Assembly: GCA_964057225.1 (NCBI GenBank)
Contig: OZ059896.1
Location: 21,452,001-21,516,000 of the forward strand
Length of the DNA: 64,000 nucleotides
Direction: 5' to 3'
From: Auanema rhodensis
Lineage: Eukaryota > Animalia > Nematoda
Position 1 is the first letter of the stretch; every line of letters starts with the position of its first letter. The notes under the pieces are model-generated. The model had not been told where the DNA came from. It searched no databases and saw only the letters and a program-made list of their open reading frames with translations. The translations under genes and the position numbers were made by a program. This document shows positions 26,001 through 40,972 of this stretch, piece after piece.

Positions 26001-26676
26001 TTCCTTTTTTCAAGGCAAAGACGATGAACAATGTTATTCAACGAAAAAATCAATTCTTCAGGGTGAAAATCGAGGATATAAGTGTGAACTTATATCAGTT
26101 GATATCTCGGTGCATTTTTAAGCTAGCGCTAATCTGATAACACAGATCGACGCAGCTTGAAAATCCGCATCGAATGTACTATACTACATTGAGAAACGCT
26201 TGATACAAAAATTAGTTATGATCGTTTGAAAAATGATGCATTAGTGTATGTTGAGTTTCCATGTACACTCAATATTGCTTCCAAAAACATTTTGACAAAA
26301 ATTTTTTCGAAAAATTTCAAAATAATTTAGCAAAAAGTAGATGTTTTTAGATTCCTTTTTTCAAGGCAAAGACGATGGACAATGTTATTCAACGAAAAAA
26401 TTAATTCTTCAGGGTGAAAATCGAGGATATAAGTGTGAACTTATATCAGTTGATATCTCGGTGCATTTTTAAGCTAGCGCAAATCTGATAACACAGATCG
26501 ACGCAGCTTAAAAATCCGCATCGAATGCACTATACCACATTGAGAAACGCTTAATACAAAAATTAGTTATGATCGTTTGAAAAATGATGCATTAGTGTAT
26601 GTTGAGTTTCCATGTACACTCAACATTGCTTCCAAAAACATTTTGACAAAAATTTTTTCGAAAAATTTCAAAATAA
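20008..26676 (+). repeat. 12-monomer (4212-bp) period duplication with a nested 4-mer
   Basis: Copies 58-64 equal copies 70-76: rare variants TTGAAAAAC, GAGTTTTCAT, TTTCTAAG and GCGCTAA/CAATAT each recur 4212 bp later. Copies 63-65 also recur as 67-69. Confidence 0.85.
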
Positions 26677-29600
26677 TTTAGCAAAAAGTAGATGTTTTTA
26701 GATTCCTTTTTTTAAGGCAAAGACGATGGACGATGTTATTCAACGAAAAAATTAATTCTTCAGGGTGAAAATCGAGGATATAAGTGTGCACTTATATCAG
26801 TTGATATCTCGGTGCATTTTTAAGCTAGCGCAAATCTGATAACACAGATCGACGCAGCTTAAAAATCCGCATCGAATGCACTATACCACATTGAGAAACG
26901 CTTAATACAAAAATTAGTTATGATCGTTTGAAAAATGATGCATTAGTGTATGTTGAGTTTCCATGTACACTCAACATTGCTTCCAAAAACATTTTGACAA
27001 AAATTTTTTCGAAAAATTTCAAAATAATTTAGCAAAAAGTAGATGTTTTCAGATTCCTTTTTTTAAAGCAAAGACGATGGACGATGTTATTCAACGAAAA
27101 AATTAATTCTTCAGGGTGAAAATCGAGGATATAAGTGTGCACTTATATCAGTTGATATCTCGGTGCATTTTTAAGCTAGCGCAAATCTGATAACACAGAT
27201 CGACGCAGCTTAAAAATCCGCATCGAATGCACTATACCACATTGAGAAACGCTTAATACAAAAATTAGTTATGATCGTTTGAAAAATGATGCATTAGTGT
27301 ATGTTGAGTTTCCATGTACACTCAACATTGCTTCCAAAAACATTTTGACAAAAATTTTTTCGAAAAATTTCAAAATAATTTAGCAAAAAGTAGATGTTTT
27401 TAGATTCCTTTTTTTAAGGCAAAGACGATGGACAATGTTATTCAACGAAAAAATTAATTCTTCAGGGTGAAAATCGAGGATATAAGTGTGAACTTATATC
27501 AGTTGATATCTCGGTGCATTTTTAAGCTAGCGCAAATCTGATAACACAGATCGACGCAGCTTAAAAATCCGCATCGAATGCACTATACCACATTAAGAAA
27601 CGCTTAATACAAAAATTAGTTATGATCGTTTGAAAAATGATGCATTAGTGTATGTTGAGTTTCCATGTACACTCAACATTGCTTCCAAAAACATTTTGAC
27701 AAAAATTTTTTCGAAAAATTTCAAAATAATTTAGCAAAAAGTAGATGTTTTTAGATTCCTTTTTTCAAGGCAAAGACGATGAACAATGTTATTCAACGAA
27801 AAAATCAATTCTTCAGGGTGAAAATCGAGGATATAAGTGTGAACTTATATCAGTTGATATCTCGGTGCATTTTTAAGCTAGCGCTAATCTGATAACACAG
27901 ATCGACGCAGCTTGAAAATCCGCATCGAATGTACTATACTACATTGAGAAACGCTTGATACAAAAATTAGTTATGATCGTTTGAAAAATGATGCATTAGT
28001 GTATGTTGAGTTTCCATGTACACTCAATATTGCTTCCAAAAACATTTTGACAAAAATTTTTTCGAAAAATTTCAAAATAATTTAGCAAAAAGTAGATGTT
28101 TTTAGATTCCTTTTTTCAAGGCAAAGACGATGGACAATGTTATTCAACGAAAAAATTAATTCTTCAGGGTGAAAATCGAGGATATAAGTGTGAACTTATA
28201 TCAGTTGATATCTCGGTGCATTTTTAAGCTAGCGCAAATCTGATAACACAGATCGACGCAGCTTAAAAATCCGCATCGAATGCACTATACCACATTGAGA
28301 AACGCTTAATACAAGAATTAGTTATGATCGTTTGAAAAATGATGCATTAGTGTATGTTGAGTTTCCATGTACACTCAACATTGCTTCCAAAAACATTTTG
28401 ACAAAAATTTTTTCGAAAAATTTCAAAATAATTTAGCAAAAAGTAGATGTTTTTAGATTCCTTTTTTTAAGGCAAAGACGATGGACGATGTTATTCAACG
28501 AAAAAATTAATTCTTCAGGGTGAAAATCGAGGATATAAGTGTGCACTTATATCAGTTGATATCTCGGTGCATTTTTAAGCTAGCGCAAATCTGATAACAC
28601 AGATCGACGCAGCTTAAAAATCCGCATCGAATGCACTATACCACATTGAGAAACGCTTAATACAAAAATTAGTTATGATCGTTTGAAAAATGATGCATTA
28701 GTGTATGTTGAGTTTCCATGTACACTCAACATTGCTTCCAAAAACATTTTGACAAAAATTTTTTCGAAAAATTTCAAAATAATTTAGCAAAAAGTAGATG
28801 TTTTCAGATTCCTTTTTTCAAAGCAAAGACGATGGACGATGTTATTCAACGAAAAAATTAATTCTTCAGGGTGAAAATCGAGGATATAAGTGTGCACTTA
28901 TATCAGTTGATATCTCGGTGCATTTTTAAGCTAGCGCAAATCTGATAACACAGATCGACGCAGCTTAAAAATCCGCATCGAATGCACTATACCACATTGA
29001 GAAACGCTTAATACAAAAATTAGTTATGATAGTTTGAAAAATGATGCATTAGTGTATGTTGAGTTTCCATGTACACTCAACATTGCTTCCAAAAACATTT
29101 TGACAAAAATTTTTTCGAAAAATTTCAAAATAATTTAGCAAAAAGTAGATGTTTTTAGATTCCTTTTTTTAAGGCAAAGACGATGGACAATGTTATTCAA
29201 CGAAAAAATTAATTCTTCAGGGTGAAAATCGAGGATATAAGTGTGAACTTATATCAGTTGATATCTCGGTGCATTTTTAAGCTAGCGCAAATCTGATAAC
29301 ACAGATCGACGCAGCTTAAAAATCCGCATCGAATGCACTATACCACATTGAGAAACGCTTAATACAAAAATTAGTTATGATCGTTTGAAAAATGATGCAT
29401 TAGTGTATGTTGAGTTTCCATGTACACTCAACATTGCTTCCAAAAACATTTTGACAAAAATTTTTTCGAAAAATTTCAAAATAATTTAGCAAAAAGTAGA
29501 TGTTTTTAGATTCCTTTTTTTAAGGCAAAGACGATGGACGATGTTATTCAACGAAAAAATTAATTCTTCAGGGTGAAAATCGAGGATATAAGTGTGCACT

Positions 29601-32600
29601 TATATCAGTTGATATCTCGGTGCATTTTTAAGCTAGCGCAAATCTGATAACACAGATCGACGCAGCTTAAAAATCCGCATCGAATGCACTATACCACATT
29701 GAGAAACGCTTAATACAAAAATTAGTTATGATCGTTTGAAAAATGATGCATTAGTGTATGTTGAGTTTCCATGTACACTCAACATTGCTTCCAAAAACAT
29801 TTTTACAAAAATTTTTTCGAAAAATTTCAAAATAATTTAGCAAAAAGTAGATGTTTTTAGATTCCTTTTTTTAAAGCAAAGACGATGGACGATGTTATTC
29901 AACGAAAAAATTAATTCTTCAGGGTGAAAATCGAGGATATAAGTGTGCACTTATATCAGTTGATATCTCGGTGCATTTTTAAGCTAGCGCAAATCTGATA
30001 ACACAGATCGACGCAGCTTAAAAATCCGCATCGAATGCACTATACCACATTGAGAAACGCTTAATACAAAAATTAGTTATGATCGTTTGAAAAATGATGC
30101 ATTAGTGTATGTTGAGTTTCCATGTACACTCAACATTGCTTCCAAAAACATTTTGACAAAAATTTTTTCGAAAAATTTCAAAATAATTTAGCAAAAAGTA
30201 GATGTTTTTAGATTCCTTTTTTTAAGGCAAAGACGATGGACGATGTTATTCAACGAAAAAATTAATTCTTCAGGGTGAAAATCGAGGATATAAGTGTGCA
30301 CTTATATCAGTTGATATCTCGGTGCATTTTTAAGCTAGCGCAAATCTGATAACACAGATCGACGCAGCTTAAAAATCCGCATCGAATGCACTATACCACA
30401 TTGAGAAACGCTTAATACAAAAATTAGTTATGATCGTTTGAAAAATGATGCATTAGTGTATGTTGAGTTTCCATGTACACTCAACATTGCTTCCAAAAAC
30501 ATTTTGACAAAAATTTTTTCGAAAAATTTCAAAATAATTTAGCAAAAAGTAGATGTTTTCAGATTCCTTTTTTTAAAGCAAAGACGATGGACGATGTTAT
30601 TCAACGAAAAAATTAATTCTTCAGGGTGAAAATCGAGGATATAAGTGTGCACTTATATCAGTTGATATCTCGGTGCATTTTTAAGCTAGCGCAAATCTGA
30701 TAACACAGATCGACGCAGCTTAAAAATCCGCATCGAATGCACTATACCACATTGAGAAACGCTTAATACAAAAATTAGTTATGATCGTTTGAAAAATGAT
30801 GCATTAGTGTATGTTGAGTTTCCATGTACACTCAACATTGCTTCCAAAAACATTTTGACAAAAATTTTTTCGAAAAATTTCAAAATAATTTAGCAAAAAG
30901 TAGATGTTTTTAGATTCCTTTTTTTAAAGCAAAGACGATGGACGATGTTATTCAACGAAAAAATTAATTCTTCAGGGTGAAAATCGAGGATATAAGTGTG
31001 CACTTATATCAGTTGATATCTCGGTGCATTTTTAAGCTAGCGCAAATCTGATAACACAGATCGACGCAGCTTAAAAATCCGCATCGAATGCACTATACCA
31101 CATTGAGAAACGCTTAATACAAAAATTAGTTATGATCGTTTGAAAAATGATGCATTAGTGTATGTTGAGTTTCCATGTACACTCAACATTGCTTCCAAAA
31201 ACATTTTGACAAAAATTTTTTCGAAAAATTTCAAAATAATTTAGCAAAAAGTAGATGTTTTTAGATTCCTTTTTTTAAGGCAAAGACGATGGACGATGTT
31301 ATTCAACGAAAAAATTAATTCTTCAGGGTGAAAATCGAGGATATAAGTGTGCACTTATATCAGTTGATATCTCGGTGCATTTTTAAGCTAGCGCAAATCT
31401 GATAACACAGATCGACGCAGCTTAAAAATCCGCATCGAATGCACTATACCACATTGAGAAACGCTTAATACAAAAATTAGTTATGATCGTTTGAAAAATG
31501 ATGCATTAGTGTATGTTGAGTTTCCATGTACACTCAACATTGCTTCCAAAAACATTTTGACAAAAATTTTTTCGAAAAATTTCAAAATAATTTAGCAAAA
31601 AGTAGATGTTTTTAGATTCCTTTTTTTAAGGCAAAGACGATGGACGATGTTATTCAACGAAAAAATTAATTCTTCAGGGTGAAAATCGAGGATATAAGTG
31701 TGCACTTATATCAGTTGATATCTCGGTGCATTTTTAAGCTAGCGCAAATCTGATAACACAGATCGACGCAGCTTAAAAATCCGCATCGAATGCACTATAC
31801 CACATTGAGAAACGCTTAATACAAAAATTAGTTATGATCGTTTGAAAAATGATGCATTAGTGTATGTTGAGTTTCCATGTACACTCAACATTGCTTCCAA
31901 AAACATTTTGACAAAAATTTTTTCGAAAAATTTCAAAATAATTTAGCAAAAAGTAGATGTTTTTAGATTCCTTTTTTTAAAGCAAAGACGATGGACGATG
32001 TTATTCAGCGAAAAAATTAATTCTTCAGGGTGAAAATCGAGGATATAAGTGTGCACTTATATCAGTTGATATCTCGGTGCATTTTTAAGCTAGCGCAAAT
32101 CTGATAACACAGATCGACGCAGCTTAAAAATCCGCATCGAATGCACTATACCACATTGAGAAACGCTTAATACAAAAATTAGTTATGATCGTTTGAAAAA
32201 TGATGCATTAGTGTATGTTGAGTTTCCATGTACACTCAACATTGCTTCCAAAAACATTTTGACAAAAATTTTTTCGAAAAATTTCAAAATAATTTAGCAA
32301 AAAGTAGATGTTTTTAGATTCCTTTTTTTAAGGCAAAGACGATGGACGATGTTATTCAACGAAAAAATTAATTCTTCAGGGTGAAAATCGAGGATATAAG
32401 TGTGCACTTATATCAGTTGATATCTCGGTGCATTTTTAAGCTAGCGCAAATCTGATAACACAGATCGACGCAGCTTAAAAATCCGCATCGAATGCACTAT
32501 ACCACATTGAGAAACGCTTAATACAAAAATTAGTTATGATCGTTTGAAAAATGATGCATTAGTGTATGTTGAGTTTCCATGTACACTCAACATTGCTTCC

Positions 32601-35600
32601 AAAAACATTTTGACAAAAATTTTTTCGAAAAATTTCAAAATAATTTAGCAAAAAGTAGATGTTTTTAGATTCCTTTTTTTAAAGCAAAGACGATGGACGA
32701 TGTTATTCAACGAAAAAATTAATTCTTCAGGGTGAAAATCGAGGATATAAGTGTGCACTTATATCAGTTGATATCTCGGTGCATTTTTAAGCTAGCGCAA
32801 ATCTGATAACACAGATCGACGCAGCTTAATAATCCGCATCGAATGCACTATACCACATTGAGAAACGCTTAATACAAAAATTAGTTATGATCGTTTGAAA
32901 AATGATGCATTAGTGTATGTTGAGTTTCCATGTACACTCAACATTGCTTCCAAAAACATTTTGACAAAAATTTTTTCGAAAAATTTCAAAATAATTTAGC
33001 AAAAAGTAGATGTTTTTAGATTCCTTTTTTTAAGGCAAAGACGATGGACAATGTTATTCAACGAAAAAATTAATTCTTCAGGGTGAAAATCGAGGATATA
33101 AGTGTGAACTTATATCAGTTGATATCTCGGTGCATTTTTAAGCTAGCGCAAATCTGATAACACAGATCGACGCAGCTTAAAAATCCGCATCGAATGCACT
33201 ATACCACATTGAGAAACGCTTAATACAAAAATTAGTTATGATCGTTTGAAAAATGATGCATTAGTGTATGTTGAGTTTCCATGTACACTCAACATTGCTT
33301 CCAAAAACATTTTGACAAAAATTTTTTCGAAAAATTTCAAAATAATTTAGCAAAAAGTAGATGTTTTTAGATTCCTTTTTTTAAGGCAAAGACGATGGAC
33401 GATGTTATTCAACGAAAAAATTAATTCTTCAGGGTGAAAATCGAGGATATAAGTGTGCACTTATATCAGTTGATATCTCGGTGCATTTTTAAGCTAGCGC
33501 AAATCTGATAACACAGATCGACGCAGCTTAAAAATCCGCATCGAATGCACTATACCACATTAAGAAACGCTTAATACAAATATTAGTTATGATCGTTTGA
33601 AAAATGATGCATTAGTGTATGTTGAGTTTCCATGTACACTCAACATTGCTTCCAAAAACATTTTGACAAAAATTTTTTCGAAAAATTTCAAAATAATTTA
33701 GCAAAAAGTAGATGTTTTTAGATTCCTTTTTTTAAAGCAAAGACGATGGACGATGTTATTCAACGAAAAAATTAATTCTTCAGAGTGAAAATCGAGGATA
33801 TAAGTGTGCACTTATATCAGTTGATATCTCGGTGCATTTTTAAGCTAGCGCAAATCTGATAACACAGATCGACGCAGCTTAAAAATCCGCATCGAATGCA
33901 CTATACCACATTGAGAAACGCTTAATACAAAAATTAGTTATGATCGTTTGAAAAATGATGCATTAGTGTATGTTGAGTTTCCATGTACACTCAACATTGC
34001 TTCCAAAAACATTTTGACAAAAATTTTTTCGAAAAATTTCAAAATAATTTAGCAAAAAGTAGATGTTTTTAGATTCCTTTTTTTAAGGCAAAGACGATGG
34101 ACGATGTTATTCAACGAAAAAATTAATTCTTCAGGGTGAAAATCGAGGATATAAGTGTGCACTTATATCAGTTGATATCTCGGTGCATTTTTAAGCTAGC
34201 GCAAATCTGATAACACAGATCGACGCAGCTTAAAAATCCGCATCGAATGCACTATACCACATTAAGAAACGCTTAATACAAATATTAGTTATGATCGTTT
34301 GAAAAATGATGCATTAGTGTATGTTGAGTTTCCATGTACACTCAACATTGCTTCCAAAAACATTTTGACAAAAATTTTTTCGAAAAATTTCAAAATAATT
34401 TAGCAAAAAGTAGATGTTTTTAGATTCCTTTTTTTAAAGCAAAGACGATGGACGATGTTATTCAACGAAAAAATTAATTCTTCAGAGTGAAAATCGAGGA
34501 TATAAGTGTGCACTTATATCAGTTGATATCTCGGTGCATTTTTAAGCTAGCGCAAATCTGATAACACAGATCGACGCAGCTTAAAAATCCGCATCGAATG
34601 CACTATACCACATTGAGAAACGCTTAATACAAAAATTAGTTATGATCGTTTGAAAAATGATGCATTAGTGTATGTTGAGTTTCCATGTACACTCAACATT
34701 GCTTCCAAAAACATTTTGACAAAAATTTTTTCGAAAAATTTCAAAATAATTTAGCAAAAAGTAGATGTTTTTAGATTCCTTTTTTTAAGGCAAAGACGAT
34801 GGACAATGTTATTCAACGAAAAAATTAATTCTTCAGGGTGAAAATCGAGGATATAAGTGTGAACTTATATCAGTTGATATCTCGGTGCATCTTTAAGCTA
34901 GCGCAAATCTGATAACACAGATCGACGCAGCTTAAAAATCCGCATCGAATGCACTATACCACATTGAGAAACGCTTAATACAAAAATTAGTTATGATCGT
35001 TTGAAAAATGATGCATTAGTGTATGTTGAGTTTCCATGTACACTCAACATTGCTTCCAAAAACATTTTGACAAAAATTTTTTCGAAAAATTTCAAAATAA
35101 TTTAGCAAAAAGTAGATGTTTTTAGATTCCTTTTTTTAAGGCAAAGACGATGGACGATGTTATTCAACGAAAAAATTAATTCTTCAGGGTGAAAATCGAG
35201 GATATAAGTGTGCACTTATATCAGTTGATATCTCGGTGCATTTTTAAGCTAGCGCAAATCTGATAACACAGATCGACGCAGCTTAAAAATCCGCATCGAA
35301 TGCACTATACCACATTAAGAAACGCTTAATACAAAAATTAGTTATGATCGTTTGAAAAATGATGCATTAGTGTATGTTGAGTTTCCATGTACACTCAACA
35401 TTGCTTCCAAAAACATTTTGACAAAAATTTTTTCGAAAAATTTCAAAATAATTTAGCAAAAAGTAGATGTTTTTAGATTCCTTTTTTTAAAGCAAAGACG
35501 ATGGACGATGTTATTCAACGAAAAAATTAATTCTTCAGAGTGAAAATCGAGGATATAAGTGTGCACTTATATCAGTTGATATCTCGGTGCATTTTTAAGC

Positions 35601-38275
35601 TAGCGCAAATCTGATAACACAGATCGACGCAGCTTAAAAATCCGCATCGAATGCACTATACCACATTAAGAAACGCTTAATACAAAAATTAGTTATGATC
35701 GTTTGAAAAATGATGCATTAGTGTATGTTGAGTTTCCATGTACACTCAACATTGCTTCCAAAAACATTTTGACAAAAATTTTTTCGAAAAATTTCAAAAT
35801 AATTTAGCAAAAAGTAGATGTTTTTAGATTCCTTTTTTTAAGGCAAAGACGATGGACAATGTTATTCAACGAAAAAATTAATTCTTCAGGGTGAAAATCG
35901 AGGATATAAGTGTGAACTTATATCAGTTGATATCTCGGTGCATTTTTAAGCTAGCGCAAATCTGATAACACAGATCGACGCAGCTTAAAAATCCGCATCG
36001 AATGCACTATACCACATTGAGAAACGCTTAATACAAAAATTAGTTATGATCGTTTGAAAAATGATGCATTAGTGTATGTTGAGTTTCCATGTACACTCAA
36101 CATTGCTTCCAAAAACATTTTGACAAAAATTTTTTCGAAAAATTTCAAAATAATTTAGCAAAAAGTAGATGTTTTTAGATTCCTTTTTTTAAGGCAAAGA
36201 CGATGGACGATGTTATTCAACGAAAAAATTAATTCTTCAGGGTGAAAATCGAGGATATAAGTGTGCACTTATATCAGTTGATATCTCGGTGCATTTTTAA
36301 GCTAGCGCAAATCTGATAACACAGATCGACGCAGCTTAAAAATCCGCATCGAATGCACTATACTACATTGAGAAACGCTTAATACAAAAAATAGTTATGA
36401 TCGTTTGAAAAATGATGCATTAGTGTATGTTGAGTTTCCATGTACACTCAACATTGCTTCCAAAAACATTTTGACAAAAATTTTTTCGAAAATTTTCAAA
36501 ATAATTTAGCAAAAAGTAGATGTTTTTAGATTCCTTTTTTCAAGGCAAAGACGATGAACAATGTTATTCAACGAAAAAATCAATTCTTCAGGGTGAAAAT
36601 CGAGGATATAAGTGTGAACTTATATCAGTTGATATCTCGGTGCATTTTTAAGCTAGCGCAAATCTGATAACACAGATCGACGCAGCTTGAAAATCCGCAT
36701 CGAATGTACTATACTACATTGAGAAACGCTTAATACAAAAATTAGTTATGATCGTTTGAAAAATGATGCCTTAGTGTATGTTGAGTTTCCATGTACACTC
36801 AACATTGCTTCCAAAAACATTTTGACAAAAATTTTTTCGAAAAATTTCAAAATAATTTAGCAAAAAGTAGATGTTTTTAGATTCCTTTTTTTAAGGCAAA
36901 GACGATGGACAATGTTATTCAACGAAAAAATTAATTCTTCAGGGTGAAAATCGAGGATATAAGTGTGAACTTATATCAGTTGATATCTCGGTGCATTTTT
37001 AAGCTAGCGCAAATCTGATAACACAGATCGACGCAGCTTAAAAATCCGCATCGAATGCACTTTACTACTTTGAGAAACGCTTAATACAAAAATTAGTTAT
37101 GATCGTTTGAAAAATGATGCCTTAGTGTATGTTGAGTTTCCATGTACACTCAACATTGCTTCCAAAAACATTTTGACAAAAATTTTTTCGAAAAATTTCA
37201 AAATAATTTAGCAAAAAGTAGATGTTTTTAGATTCCTTTTTTTAAGGCAAAGACGATGGACAATGTTATTCAACGAAAAAATTAATTCATCAGGGTGAAA
37301 ATCGAGGATATAAGTGTGAACTTATATCAGTTGATATCTCGGTGCATTTTTAAGCTAGCGCAAATCTGATAACACAGATCGACGCAGCTTAAAAATCCGC
37401 ATCGAATGCACTTTACTACTTTGAGAAACGCTTAATACTAAAGTTAGTTATGATCGTTTGAAAATTGATGCATTAGTGTATGTTGAGTTTCCATGTACAC
37501 TCAACATTGCTTCCAAAAACATTTTGACAAAAGTTTTTTCGAAAAATTTTCAAAATAATTTAGCGAAAAGTAGATGTTTTTAGATTCCTTTTTTCAAGGC
37601 AAAGACGATGGACAATGTTATTCAACAAAAAAATTAATTCTTCAGGGTGAAAATCGAGGATATAAGTGTGCACTTATATCAGTTGATATCTCGGTGCATT
37701 TTTAAGCTAGCGCAAATCTGATAACACAGATCGACGCAGCTTAAAAATCCGCATCGAATGCACTATACTACATTGAGAAACGCTCAATACAAAAATTAGT
37801 TATGATCGTTTGAAAAATGATGCCTTAGTGTATTTTGAGTTTCCATGTACACTCAACATTGCTTCCAAAAACATTTTGACAAAAATTTTTTCGAAAAATT
37901 TCAAAATAATTTAGCAAAAAGTAGATGTTTTTAGATTCCTTTTTTTAAGGCAAAGACGATGGACAATGTTATTCAACAAAAAAATTTATTCTTCAGGGTG
38001 AAAATCGAGGATATAAGTGTGCACTTATATCAGTTGATATCTCGGTGCATTTTTAAGCTAGCGCAAATCTGATAACACAGATCGACGAAGCTTAAAAATC
38101 CGCATCGAATGCACTATACTACATTGAGAAACGCTTAATACAAAAATTAGTTATGATCGTTTGAAAAATGATGCCTTAGTGTATGTTGAGTTTCCATGTA
38201 CACTCAACATTGCTTCCAAAAACATTTTGACAAAAATTTTTTCGAAAAATTTCAAAATAATTTAGCAAAAAGTAG

Positions 38276-38515
38276 ATGTTTTTAGATTCCTTTTTTCAAG
38301 GCAAAGACGATGGACAATGTTATTCAACAAAAAAATTAATTCTTCAGGGTGAAAATCGAGGATATAAGTGTGCACTTATATCAGTTGATATCTTGGTGCA
38401 TTTTCAAGCTAGCGCAAATCTGATAACACAGATCGACGCAGCTCAAAAATCCGCATCGAATGCACTATACTACATTGAGAATCGCTTAATACAAAAATTA
38501 GTTATGATCGTTTGA
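38276..38515 (+). other. 79-codon ORF in a variant satellite monomer; probably not a gene
   Basis: Same ORF-type monomer. Confidence 0.08.
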
Positions 38516-40732
38516 AAATTGATGCATTAGTGTATGTTGAGTTTCCATGTACACTCAACATTGCTTCCAAAAACATTTTGACAAAAACTTTTTCGAAAAA
38601 TTTCAAAATAATTTAGCAAAAAGTAGATGTTTTTAGATTCCTTTTTTCAAGGCAAAGACGATGGACAATGTTATTCAACGAAAAAATTAATTCTTCAGGG
38701 TGAAAATCGAGGATATAAGTGTGAACTTATATCAGTTGATATATCGGTGCATTTTTAAGCTAGCGCAAATCTGATAACACAGATCGACGCAGCTTAAAAA
38801 TCCGCATCGAATGCACTTTACTACTTTGAGAAACGCTTAATACAAAAGTTAGTTATGATCGTTTGAAAATTGATGCATTAGTGTATGTTGAGTTTCCATG
38901 TACACTCAACATTGCTTCCAAAAACATTTTGACAAAAGTTTTTTCGAAAAATTTCAAAATAATTTAGCAAAAAGTAGATGTTTTTAGATTCCTTTTTTCA
39001 AGGCAAAGACGATGGACAATGTTATTCAACAAAAAAATTAATTCTTCAGGGTGAAAATCGAGGATATAAGTGTGAACTTATATCAGTTGATATCTCGGTG
39101 CATTTTTAAGCTAGCGCAAATCTGATAACACAGATCGACGCAGCTTGAAAATCCGCATCGAATGTACTATACTACATTGAGAAACGCTTAATACAAAAAT
39201 TAGTTATGATCGTTTGAAAATTGATGCATTAGTGTATGTTGAGTTTCCATGTACACTCAACATTGCTTCCAAAAACATTTTGACAAAAGTTTTTTCGAAA
39301 AATTTCAAAATAATTTAGCAAAAAGTAGATGTTTTTAGATTCCTTTTTTCAAGGCAAAGACGATGGACAATGTTATTCAACGAAAAAATTAATTCTTCAG
39401 GGTGAAAATCGAGGATATAAGTGTGAACTTATATCAGTTGATATATCGGTGCATTTTTAAGCTAGCGCAAATCTGATAACACAGATCGACGCAGCTTAAA
39501 AATCCGCATCGAATGCACTTTACTACTTTGAGAAACGCTTAATACAAAAGTTAGTTATGATCGGTTGAAAATTGATGCATTAGTGTATGTTGAGTTTCCA
39601 TGTACACTCAACATTGCTTCCAAAAACATTTTGACAAAAGTTTTTTCGAAAAATTTCAAAATAATTTAGCAAAAAGTAGATGTTTTTAGATTCCTTTTTT
39701 CAAGGCAAAGACGATGGACAATGTTATTCAACAAAAAAATTAATTCTTCAGGGTGAAAATCGAGGATATAAGTGTGAACTTATATCAGTTGATATCTCGG
39801 TGCATTTTTAAGCTAGCGCAAATCTGATAACACAGATCGACGCAGCTTGAAAATCCGCATCGAATGTACTATACTACATTGAGAAACGCTTAATACAAAA
39901 ATTAGTTATGATCGTTTGAAAATTGATGCATTAGTGTATGTTGAGTTTCCATGTACACTCAACATTGCTTCCAAAAACATTTTGACAAAAGTTTTTTCGA
40001 AAAATTTCAAAATAATTTAGCAAAAAGTAGATGTTTTTAGATTCCTTTTTTCAAGGCAAAGTCGATGGACAATGTTATTCAACGAAAAAATTAATTCTTC
40101 AGGGTGAAAATCGAGGATATAAGTGTGAACTTATATCAGTTGATATCTCGGTGCATTTTTAAGCTAGCGCAAATCTCATAATACAGATCGACGCAGCTTA
40201 AAAATCCGCATCGAATGCACTATACTACATTGAGAAACGCTCAATACAAAAATTAGTTATGATCGTTTGAAAAATGATGCCTTAGTGTATTTTGAGTTTC
40301 CATGTACACTCAACATTGCTTCCAAAAACATTTTGACAAAAATTTTTTCGAAAAATTTCAAAATAATTTAGCAAAAAGTAGATGTTTTTAGATTTCTTTT
40401 TTTAAGGCAAAGACGATGGACAATGTTATTCAACAAAAAAATTTATTCTTCAGGGTGAAAATCGAGGATATAAGTGTGCACTTATATCAGTTGATATCTC
40501 GGTGCATTTTTAAGCTAGCGCAAATCTGATAACACAGATCGACGAAGCTTAAAAATCCGCATCGAATGCACTATACTACATTGAGAAACGCTTAATACAA
40601 AAATTAGTTATGATCGTTTGAAAAATGATGCCTTAGTGTATGTTGAGTTTCCATGTACACTCAACATTGCTTCCAAAAACATTTTGACAAAAATTTTTTC
40701 GAAAAATTTCAAAATAATTTAGCAAAAAGTAG

Positions 40733-40972
40733 ATGTTTTTAGATTCCTTTTTTCAAGGCAAAGACGATGGACAATGTTATTCAACGAAAAAATTAATTCT
40801 TCAGGGTGAAAATCGAGGATATAAGTGTGCACTTATATCAGTTGATATCTTGGTGCATTTTCAAGCTAGCGCAAATCTGATAACACAGATCGACGCAGCT
40901 CAAAAATCCGCATCGAATGCACTATACTACATTGAGAATCGCTTAATACAAAAATTAGTTATGATCGTTTGA
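40733..40972 (+). other. 79-codon ORF in a variant satellite monomer; probably not a gene
   Basis: Same ORF-type monomer. Confidence 0.08.

Noticed and set aside
16120-37552. Single-base indels near 16128, 17935 and 37550 as biological signals
   Set aside because: All are singletons in or next to homopolymer runs and could be sequencing or consensus errors.
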